64,000 nt of DNA, taken from contig OZ244960.1 in the NCBI GenBank assembly GCA_965222605.1, positions 3,616,001-3,680,000 of the forward strand, written 5' to 3'. The stretch comes from Candidatus Latescibacterota bacterium (GTDB taxonomy: Bacteria > Latescibacterota > UBA2968). Shown here piece after piece: positions 8,311-16,642 of this stretch (position 1 is its first letter; every line of letters starts with the position of its first letter). Below the pieces are notes generated by a model. It saw nothing but the letters and a program-made list of their open reading frames with translations. It did not search any database and was not told the origin of the DNA. The translations under genes and the position numbers were made by a program.

Positions 8311-10194
8311 TTAGGACGAGGGAGTGCCCAGTATTTCGGCAATTTTGCCGGTGAGTTCTGAAATTTTGAAAGGCAATCCCTGAACTTTATTGTAGGGAAC
8401 GATGACCTGTGAGGGATATTGGGCTTTGAGCAGCAAAGACAACTGTCCCATGTTGAGTTCGGGGACGAGTATGGTTTTGTAACTCGATAGTATTGCACCC
8501 AGATTTTTGGGGAATGGGTTGAGGTAGCGCAGATGCGCTGCGGCAACCGAATAGCCCTGCTGTCGCATTCTACGCACTGCCGAACGGATCGCGCCATAAG
8601 TACATCCCCAGCCCAGGACGAGCAAATCGCCCGATTTGGGGCCCATGACGTGCTGGAGCGGAATGCGGTCGGCGATGCGCGTCAGGCGTTCGGCGCGTAT
8701 GTTGGCCATGTGCTGGTTGTCATCCGGGTCGTAGGACACATTGCCTGTGCCGTCTTCTTTGCCCAGTCCACCAAGCCTGTGTTCAAGGCCCGGCGTGCCC
8801 GGCAATACCCAGGGACGAGCCAGTGTTTTTGGATCGCGCAGATAGGGCAAGAAGCCCTCGGGATCGGTTCTGTGCTCGGTCTGAATGGTCGGAATATCAT
8901 CCGGATCGGGAATTTTCCACGGTTCCGCGCTGGTGTTGAGGTATCCATCGGAGAGGAAAATGACCGGGCTCATGGTTTCAACGGCGATGCGAAACGCTTC
9001 GATGATCATGTCAAAGCAGTCTGAGGGCGTGGCCGGTGAGACAATGGGGATGGGACTGTCGCCATTGCGACCAAACATGCATTGGAGCAGATCTGATTGT
9101 TCTGTTTTGGTGGGCATGCCCGTGCTGGGGCCGCCGCGCTGAAAGTTGCAGATAACGAGGGGTAATTCCATCATCAGGGCGAGGTTCATGGCTTCGCTTT
9201 TCAGTGCGATGCCGGGGCCGCTGGTGCCCGTGGCGGCAAACGCGCCCCCAAAAGCAGCGCCAATGCCCGAGCCAAGTGCGGAAATTTCATCTTCTGCCTG
9301 AAAGGTGCGCACGTCAAAATTTTTCAATGCGGCCAATTCTTCGAGTACCGCACTGGCAGGCGTGATGGGGTAGCTGCCGTAAAAGAGGGTCTTGCCCGCT
9401 TTGTGCGCCGCGGTGACCATGCCTATTGCCGTAGCTTGTGTACCCGTGATAGCGCGATAAGTGCCCGGTGCTACAGCGGCTTTTTTAACCTGGTACTGAA
9501 TTTGAAATTCTTCGACTGTTTCACCAAAGTTGTAGCCGGCTTTCAGAGTGCTGACGTTGCCATTGATGATTTCGTCTTTGCCCTGAAATTTCTTTTCGAG
9601 CATGCGAATGGTCGGTTCGATCGGGCGGTCAAAAATCCAATATGACAGGCCCAGTGCGAAGAAGTTTTTCATCATGTCAATCTGGCGATTGCTCAGGCCC
9701 TCAACGTGTGCGACGGCTGCTTTGTGCAGGGTGGTGAGGGGGACTTTGACCACGCGGTAATTGGAGAGTTCATTGCCTTCGAGGGGGTCGCCGTCGTATC
9801 CGGCTTTGCGCAGGTTGTTGCGCTTGAAGGTATCTGTATTGGCAATGATGATGCCGCCGTCTGGAAGATCGTTGACATTGGCTTTGAGTGCTGCCGGGTT
9901 CATCGCCACGAGGACTTGCGGCTCATCGCCGGGCGTGTATATGTCTTCGCTGGATATGTGGATTTGAAACCCGCTAACGCCGGGTAATGTGCCGGCAGGC
10001 GCGCGGATTTCTGCGGGAAAGTCCGGTAGGGTGCTGATGTCGTTGCCGACTATTGCCGAGGTGTTGGCAAATTCTTTGCCGATGAGCTGACTGCCATCGC
10101 CGGAATCACCAGCAAAGCGAATGGCAATTGATTCGATTTCGGACAGTTCAAAAAGTGCCGATTCGGCCGTTTCCTTGATGTCAATTTCGGCCAT
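8311..10194 (-). CDS. korA: 2-oxoacid:ferredoxin oxidoreductase alpha subunit (gamma-alpha fusion)
   Basis: FAGDSGDG, YPITP, QAEDE, TSGPG and QRGGPSTGMPT motifs. Confidence 0.93.
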   Translation of the reverse strand: MAEIDIKETAESALFELSEIESIAIRFAGDSGDGSQLIGKEFANTSAIVGNDISTLPDFPAEIRAPAGTLPGVSGFQIHISSEDIYTPGDEPQVLVAMNPAALKANVNDLPDGGIIIANTDTFKRNNLRKAGYDGDPLEGNELSNYRVVKVPLTTLHKAAVAHVEGLSNRQIDMMKNFFALGLSYWIFDRPIEPTIRMLEKKFQGKDEIINGNVSTLKAGYNFGETVEEFQIQYQVKKAAVAPGTYRAITGTQATAIGMVTAAHKAGKTLFYGSYPITPASAVLEELAALKNFDVRTFQAEDEISALGSGIGAAFGGAFAATGTSGPGIALKSEAMNLALMMELPLVICNFQRGGPSTGMPTKTEQSDLLQCMFGRNGDSPIPIVSPATPSDCFDMIIEAFRIAVETMSPVIFLSDGYLNTSAEPWKIPDPDDIPTIQTEHRTDPEGFLPYLRDPKTLARPWVLPGTPGLEHRLGGLGKEDGTGNVSYDPDDNQHMANIRAERLTRIADRIPLQHVMGPKSGDLLVLGWGCTYGAIRSAVRRMRQQGYSVAAAHLRYLNPFPKNLGAILSSYKTILVPELNMGQLSLLLKAQYPSQVIVPYNKVQGLPFKISELTGKIAEILGTPSS

Positions 10195-10219
10195 AATATT
10201 ATTTTCCTCCTGAAGTATT

Positions 10220-10687
10220 TTAGGCTCCACCCCGAGCGCTGGCAAAGTGGTCGGGCGTTGGCGGTAAGTTGTAGATTTCTTCTGGGAAGTGGTCGCTCAT
10301 GTATTTGATGATGGCATAGTGTGTCAGTGTGCCCAATACGCGCCCTTCTGCATCTACAACGGGCATGTATCGGTGGGGTTTGTCGCTCATAAATCGGATG
10401 GCTTCGATCAGTGTGATATCCGATTGCAGGGTGAGCGGATCGGGGGTCATGATCGTTTCTATAGGCTCGTTGAGTACTTCGGATTGATCGATTACGCGGC
10501 GGGCAATATCGTGCGCTGTAAAGATGCCGATTAGTTTGCCCTGGTCCATTACCAGCGCGCATTTGCGCTGGCTGGTCTGCATTTTGGCGATGACTTGATC
10601 AACGGGATTGTCTTTTTGTACTTCGACGTAAAAAGAGAGATCAACGTGTTTTACTGTGTCGTTGTGGAGGCTGTAATTCAGATTCAT
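10220..10687 (-). CDS. CBS domain-pair protein
   Basis: Two CBS repeats (KLIGIFT..D, MTPDP, RYMPVVDAEGRVLG). Confidence 0.88.
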   Translation of the reverse strand: MNLNYSLHNDTVKHVDLSFYVEVQKDNPVDQVIAKMQTSQRKCALVMDQGKLIGIFTAHDIARRVIDQSEVLNEPIETIMTPDPLTLQSDITLIEAIRFMSDKPHRYMPVVDAEGRVLGTLTHYAIIKYMSDHFPEEIYNLPPTPDHFASARGGA

Positions 10688-10920
10688 TGGGAAGGCTCTT
10701 GGGGGGTGGTTTTAGAGGGGTTTAGCGCTGTAATTTTAGAGCAATTTAATATAAGGTATTTACATGTGTGTGGCAAGTATTGTTCTAATAATATAGCATA
10801 GGACGCAAATCCAATACATCTGCTCAAAAAGGTCGGTTCGGAAAATGTTTGATCTGCGGTTTTTTCCCTCTATATTGCTTGACAATATTTTTTAGAATTC
10901 GTTTTTGTCGTGGGGAAGAT

Positions 10921-12090
10921 ATGCTGCGATCCGGGGCTGGACATTCAAATGATGCCGATGGCATGTTCGCTGTTGAGGCCGCTTTGTCAGAAGCTATGAA
11001 GGGGCTGGGCGAGGTTGCGGTTGATGCTGCATTTCTTTTTTTGACCTATCACCACATGGGCGATGCGGCAGCTATGGTTGATGTTGTTATTGACCGTGTA
11101 GAGACAGAGGCTGTATTTGGATGTAGTGGCATGGGGGTTTTGACGGATGCCCGAGAAAATGATCGCGAGCCTGGGGTGGCAGTGCTGGTTTTGGGCGGAG
11201 ATCATATCGAGGTGACACCTCTTGTAGCCGAGGGTGCCGATGCGGGGGTTATTATTGGCGAGCGCGTGGCAGCCCAGGGAACAGAGGATGCGTTGCTGGT
11301 GCTTATGTGTGGGATTTATTCCAATCCGGCGACTTGTCTGGAACAGATTGCCGAGATGGCTGGCGATGTGCTTGTTGTGGGGGGCGTCGCATCGGGCAAT
11401 CCGTGGGGTTCAGCGTCGCCGCAGACATTGCAATGGTGTGGCAGGTGGATTGGCGAACACGGCGTGGTAGGGGCGTTGTTGTCCGGGATAAAGGTGGCTA
11501 CGGGGGTGGCGCAAGGTTGCCAACCGTTTGGGCAGGCTTATGCGATTACCAAAGCGGAGGGCAATGTGATTCAGCAGATCGCATTTGGCCCTGCTGTCGA
11601 TGCGCTCAAGGAGGCTATTAATACGCTCTCTGCAGAAGAGAAAGCCGATTTGCGCTACAATATTTTTGTGGGGCTGGCGATGGATGAATACGCAATTGAA
11701 CGGGCGCGCGGCGATTTTTTGATTCGCAGTCTGACGCATATTGACGAGCAGTCGGGCGCGATTGCGATTAATGAACGCGTGTCTGTGGGGCAGACTATTC
11801 AATTTAATCGGCGTACGCCCCAGGCGGGACATGAAGACATGGTGAAGGTGATGCAGGAGTTGCGGCAGTCTGTCGGGCGCCCGTCCAATACATGTGGTTT
11901 GTATTTTAACTGTATGGGACGCGGATTTGGGCTTTACGGACAGCCCGATCACGATGTTCTGGTGATTCGAAAGCACCTGGGCGCTTTTCCGATGGCTGGC
12001 TTTTTTGGCAATTCAGAGCTGGCACCTGTGGGCGGGCGCAATTTTGTACATAGCTATACGGGCGCGCTGGCTCTGATTTGGGAGGAGTAG
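10921..12090 (+). CDS. FIST N/C domain sensory protein
   Basis: FGCSGMGV, VAQGCQPFG, YFNCMGRG, GFFGNSEL and HSYT motifs. Confidence 0.88.
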   Translation: MLRSGAGHSNDADGMFAVEAALSEAMKGLGEVAVDAAFLFLTYHHMGDAAAMVDVVIDRVETEAVFGCSGMGVLTDARENDREPGVAVLVLGGDHIEVTPLVAEGADAGVIIGERVAAQGTEDALLVLMCGIYSNPATCLEQIAEMAGDVLVVGGVASGNPWGSASPQTLQWCGRWIGEHGVVGALLSGIKVATGVAQGCQPFGQAYAITKAEGNVIQQIAFGPAVDALKEAINTLSAEEKADLRYNIFVGLAMDEYAIERARGDFLIRSLTHIDEQSGAIAINERVSVGQTIQFNRRTPQAGHEDMVKVMQELRQSVGRPSNTCGLYFNCMGRGFGLYGQPDHDVLVIRKHLGAFPMAGFFGNSELAPVGGRNFVHSYTGALALIWEE

Positions 12091-12099
12091 GAGGTCCCG

Positions 12100-13446
12100 T
12101 TATCCCATTCGTCCCGCTTTGGAACGTCCCCCCCGCCACAGATCGTACTGGGGGTCTGCATATCGGTCAAAGAAGTTCTGGATCCGGTTGCGACATTCGT
12201 TGATGACTTTTGCGTGGGAACGGTCCGCCAGGTTGTTGCGTTCTTCCGGGTCTGTTAGCATGTCGTACAATTCATCCGGGCCATCTGGATGGCGCCAGGT
12301 GTATTTCCAGCGGTCATTTCGCACCATGCGCGTGTTTTCAAATTCGTGGAAGATTTCGTTATTCCATGCCATTTTCTCTCCGAGAAGTACTGGGGCATAA
12401 CTCACGCCCGGGAGATTGGGGTTGTCGGCAATCCGATCCCGCAATTCCAGATGGTCCAGTACGGATGGGAGAAAATCGTAATTGCATGTTCGTCCTTCAA
12501 ATATCCTGCCCGCCGATATCCGTCCGGGCTGGTGAAATATCAGCGGGATGTGAATGGTTTCTTCATAAGTATGTAGTGGCCGGGAGTGGTCTCCCATGCC
12601 CCACATTCCGTGATGCCCGCCGCACCAGCCCTGATCTGCTGTGTAAATTACCAGTGTGTCTTCTTCCAGGCCGTACTCTTTTAAGGCGTTTGTTATTTCG
12701 CCTACCCCATCATCCACCCCACTCACTGCAGCGGCATATCCGCGAATGCTCACGGGGTTGTTGATCATGTCCCGGTTGCTGCGTAGCCACGAATGTGCTG
12801 GCTCTCTCGGGAAACTCGACAATTCCTTATCCGCATAATATTCGGTATGCCGGTTGACATGTGTTTCCAGCATGCTCTTTCCCAGGCCGTAGGGACCGTT
12901 GTACGCTACGTAGAGAAAGAACGGCTGATGGTGGTTTTGTCGCAGAAATTCCAGCGCGTGTTCTGTTATGACTTCGGTTGTGTACCGGGGTTCGGTGTAA
13001 ACCCCGTCCCGCCAGATTAACTCATCGTCGTAAAATGTCGTGGTGTGTCCCTTCGGGCGGGTAAACCAGTATGAAAATCCCTCCTGAGGCCGCAGGCTGT
13101 CTCCCAAATGCCATTTCCCGCTCAATCCGCATGTATGTCCCGCATCTGCCATTACGCGGGGGAGGTTTGCAAATTCCCGAATGGTGCAGTACGCGTCTGG
13201 TCCCATCTGTGCATCTGGCTTTTCTCCGCCGAGGTAACAGTGTACGCCGTGTTGGGAGGGGATCAGTCCGGTCATAAATGTGGCGCGGCTGGGCGAGCAA
13301 ACCGAGTTTACGCAATAGGCGTTTGAAAACCGAATTCCCTCATCTGCAAGTCTGTCGATGTTGGGGGTTCGAATATCCGGATTTCCATAACAGCCCAGGG
13401 TCCATGCCCCCTGGTTATCGGTCATGATGAATACGACATTCGGCAT
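12100..13446 (-). CDS. sulfatase (formylglycine, Cys-type)
   Basis: PNVVFIMTDN, CSPSRA, GKWHLG. Confidence 0.93.
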   Translation of the reverse strand: MPNVVFIMTDNQGAWTLGCYGNPDIRTPNIDRLADEGIRFSNAYCVNSVCSPSRATFMTGLIPSQHGVHCYLGGEKPDAQMGPDAYCTIREFANLPRVMADAGHTCGLSGKWHLGDSLRPQEGFSYWFTRPKGHTTTFYDDELIWRDGVYTEPRYTTEVITEHALEFLRQNHHQPFFLYVAYNGPYGLGKSMLETHVNRHTEYYADKELSSFPREPAHSWLRSNRDMINNPVSIRGYAAAVSGVDDGVGEITNALKEYGLEEDTLVIYTADQGWCGGHHGMWGMGDHSRPLHTYEETIHIPLIFHQPGRISAGRIFEGRTCNYDFLPSVLDHLELRDRIADNPNLPGVSYAPVLLGEKMAWNNEIFHEFENTRMVRNDRWKYTWRHPDGPDELYDMLTDPEERNNLADRSHAKVINECRNRIQNFFDRYADPQYDLWRGGRSKAGRMG

Positions 13447-13458
13447 TAATCGCTCCTC

Positions 13459-14862
13459 TTAAATGTTTTTCTCATATCGCTCGTCTCCCACTTCGTCCTG
13501 CAAGCGGTGGAGTTCGTCTTTTAATTCGGCGACGACTTCTGCGTATTCGGGATTGTGGTAAACGCTGTTCAATTCATACGGGTCTTTGTCCAGGTCAAAT
13601 AATTCCCACTCTGGTTCTCGGGCGTCGTCCGAGGCGCCTTCCTGCCCACATCCGTCGGCATAATAGTAGATGAGTTTGTGCTGATGCGTTCTGACTCCGT
13701 AGTGCGCGTAGATATTATGCCCGTTCAGGTGCATCCAATACCGGTAATACATTGAGGTGCGCCAATTGTCGGGGCACTCGGCATTTAACAGGGGTCGCAT
13801 GCTGTGTCCCTGGAAATGGTCGGGGATGTCTATTCCGGCGTAGTCCAAAAATGTCGATGCGAAATCCACGTTGAGGATCATGTCTTCGCAGACACTGCCG
13901 GCTTTGATTTCTTTGGGGTACCGAATGAGGAATGGCATACGGAGCGATTCTTCGTACATGAATCGCTTGTCGTACCAACCGTGGTCGCCCAGGTAAAAGC
14001 CCTGGTCCGATGTATAGACTACGATGGTGTTGTCCGTTAGTTTTTCTTCGTCCAGATAGTCGAGTACGCGACCGACATTGTCATCGACCGATGCGACGCA
14101 GCGCAAATAGTCTTTGATGTAGCGTTGGTATTTCCATCGCATGTCTTCTTCGGTGCTCAAGCCTTCGGGTACGGGCTGTTTCAGGTCGCGGGGGTTCAGG
14201 TCGCGGTTGACGCGCATTTCAGCCTGAGATGCCGCTGTGGCGCGGTTGCTGTAGTCGTCCCATAGTGTTTCTGGTTCCGGGATATCGATGTCTTCATACA
14301 TGTCCGCGTGTTTGTCATCTGGTTCCCAGGGGCGATGGGGCGCTTTGTGGTGATACATGAGCATGAATGGTTTGTTTTTGTCGCGGTCTTGCAACCAGTC
14401 CAGTGTTAGGTCGGTTATGATGTCTGTGGTATATCCCTTGTAATGTACTTCTTTGCCCATGTCGTACATCATGGGGTTGTGATATGCGCCCTGGCCGGGT
14501 AGTACGTTCCAGTAGTCAAATCCGGTGGGGTCGTTGTGTCCGCCGTGCCCGAGATGCCATTTGCCCACCATTGCGGTCTGATATCCCGCTGCTTGTAGCA
14601 GTTTGGAAAATGTGACCTGGCGACCGTCCAGGTTTGTGCGCAGTGTGGTTACACCGTTGATGTGATTGTACGTTCCGGTCAAGATTACCGCCCGACTCGG
14701 CGCGCAGATTGAGTTGGTGCAAAAGCAGTTGTTAAAGCGCATTCCGCCTTCGGCTATGCGGTCCAGATTGGGTGTTTTGTTAATCCGACTGTTATAACAA
14801 CTCATGGCATGCGATGCGTGATCATCGGTCATGATAAATAGAATATTGGGTCTTTCACTCAT
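13459..14862 (-). CDS. sulfatase (N-acetylglucosamine-6-sulfatase-like)
   Basis: PNILFIMTDDH, CAPSRA, GKWHLG, HKAPHR, SDQGF. Confidence 0.93.
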   Translation of the reverse strand: MSERPNILFIMTDDHASHAMSCYNSRINKTPNLDRIAEGGMRFNNCFCTNSICAPSRAVILTGTYNHINGVTTLRTNLDGRQVTFSKLLQAAGYQTAMVGKWHLGHGGHNDPTGFDYWNVLPGQGAYHNPMMYDMGKEVHYKGYTTDIITDLTLDWLQDRDKNKPFMLMYHHKAPHRPWEPDDKHADMYEDIDIPEPETLWDDYSNRATAASQAEMRVNRDLNPRDLKQPVPEGLSTEEDMRWKYQRYIKDYLRCVASVDDNVGRVLDYLDEEKLTDNTIVVYTSDQGFYLGDHGWYDKRFMYEESLRMPFLIRYPKEIKAGSVCEDMILNVDFASTFLDYAGIDIPDHFQGHSMRPLLNAECPDNWRTSMYYRYWMHLNGHNIYAHYGVRTHQHKLIYYYADGCGQEGASDDAREPEWELFDLDKDPYELNSVYHNPEYAEVVAELKDELHRLQDEVGDERYEKNI

Positions 14863-14911
14863 GCATACTCCTTTTGGTGTTTTGGGATATTAAAGGATAC
14901 GCTCTTTTCTT

Positions 14912-16447
14912 TTACTCATCAACTTTTGAATGTACCTCTACCGTAACCCCTCTGGCTTTTAGGGCAGGAATATGCGTATTAAGTGATGTGGCACTCAACG
15001 GGTTATTACCGACATCAACCCCGTCTCCATTGACCAATCCCGGGTTTGCAATCAAAGGCGAAAGATCCGAGATATTGTTGTTATAGAGACGCAGCCCTTT
15101 CAGGCCGGTTAATCCAGATAGTGGTGTAATGTCCAGGATGCTATTGCTGTCAAGCCGCAAGTCTGCCAGATTTTTTAGGCCAAATAGTGGTGTGAGGTCC
15201 GAGATGCGATTGTCGGAAAGATCCACCCCTATCAGGAGGTTTAACTTAGATAGAGGCGTGAGGTTAGAGATGCTGTTGTCGGAAAGACCCAGCCATGTCA
15301 GAATGTATGATCCAGATAGTGGTGTGATGTCCGAGATGCTGTTGTTGCCAAGATGCAACCGTGTCAAGTTGGTCAATTTAGATAGGGTCGTGAGGTCCGA
15401 AATGCGGTTGTTGGAAAGCCTCAGCCATGTCAAGATGTTTAACTCAGATAGTGGTGTAAGGTTCGAGACGGTATTGTTGTCAAGCCGCAAGTCTGACAGG
15501 TTGTTTAGGCCAGATAGTGGTGTGAGGTTCGAGATGCTGTTGTTGCTAAGATCCAGTTCTCCCAGGTCGTTTAACCCAGACAGTAGTGTAATGTCCGAGA
15601 TGCTGTTATTGTAAAGAGACAGTACTCTCAGATTGGTCAATCCAGATAATGGTGCGATGTTCGAGATGCGGTTGTTACTAAGATGCAGGTTTGTCAGGTT
15701 GTTTAGGCCAGATAGTGGTATGAGGTTCGAGATGCTGTTGTTGTCAAGATATAGCCGTATCAGATTTTTTAGGCCAGATAGTGGTGTAATGTCTGAGATA
15801 CTGTTGTTATCAAGCCGCAGGTCTGCCAGATTTTTTAGGCCAGATAGTGGCGTGAGGTTCGAGATTTTATTGTTGTAAAGACGCAGCCCTTTCAGACTGT
15901 TCAATCCAGATAGCGGTGTGAGGTTCGAGATGCTGTTGTTGTCAAGAGACAATACTCTTAAGTTGTTCAATCCAGATAGCGGTGTGAGGTTCGAGATGCT
16001 GTTGTTGTCAAGAGACAATACTCTTAAGTTGTTCAATCCAGATAGCGGTGTAATGTCTGAGATGGTGTTGTTGTCAAGCTGCAGCCGTGTCAGGTTGTTC
16101 AATCCAGATAGTGGTGTAATGTCCGAGATGTTGTTACTGCTGAGAGACAGTTTTTTTAGACGGGTTGCATACTCCAGCCCGGTCAAATCGCTGATATTCG
16201 CATTTGATACCTCAAGCGCATTTGATGCCTCAAGGCCAATTAAGGTTGACATTTCTGTCTGCGTGATTATCGCGTCTGGAGTATGGCTCTTTGCATTTAT
16301 CATTTCCAGAATCACCGCTCGCAGGTTGACATCCGGGATATGCACCTCACCATCTTCTGCCTTGGCAAAAACATGTGTAGAAGGCAGAACATGAACCATC
16401 AACGCGAGCGCGATGAGAATAAAAATTGTTGAGATGCGATTCTGCAT
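14912..16447 (-). CDS. secreted internalin-like leucine-rich repeat protein
   Basis: Signal peptide, IPDVNLRA cap, 17 22-aa LRRs (LSGLxNLxxLxLxNNxISxLTP); alternative start 16483. Confidence 0.92.
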   Translation of the reverse strand: MQNRISTIFILIALALMVHVLPSTHVFAKAEDGEVHIPDVNLRAVILEMINAKSHTPDAIITQTEMSTLIGLEASNALEVSNANISDLTGLEYATRLKKLSLSSNNISDITPLSGLNNLTRLQLDNNTISDITPLSGLNNLRVLSLDNNSISNLTPLSGLNNLRVLSLDNNSISNLTPLSGLNSLKGLRLYNNKISNLTPLSGLKNLADLRLDNNSISDITPLSGLKNLIRLYLDNNSISNLIPLSGLNNLTNLHLSNNRISNIAPLSGLTNLRVLSLYNNSISDITLLSGLNDLGELDLSNNSISNLTPLSGLNNLSDLRLDNNTVSNLTPLSELNILTWLRLSNNRISDLTTLSKLTNLTRLHLGNNSISDITPLSGSYILTWLGLSDNSISNLTPLSKLNLLIGVDLSDNRISDLTPLFGLKNLADLRLDSNSILDITPLSGLTGLKGLRLYNNNISDLSPLIANPGLVNGDGVDVGNNPLSATSLNTHIPALKARGVTVEVHSKVDE

Positions 16448-16642
16448 AATATTTCCCTCCCCCCATTTTTGCCACTTAAACATTGAAATCTCCTTTGAAC
16501 ATGTATAAATCTAAATTTCCTTTTTCAAACTTGATATTCCAGTTAGGCCATTTTATAGACGCACAATACGAGTTGTCGTTCCAATTTTTGGGATTTGAGA
16601 AATCACTATCTGTGCCAAAGCAGAAATGAAGGACTTTTTGTA

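Noticed and set aside
15129-16394. Regularly spaced repeats and repetitive antisense ORFs that might suggest a CRISPR array
   Set aside because: The 66-bp period is the LRR coding repeat; there are no unique spacers or cas genes.
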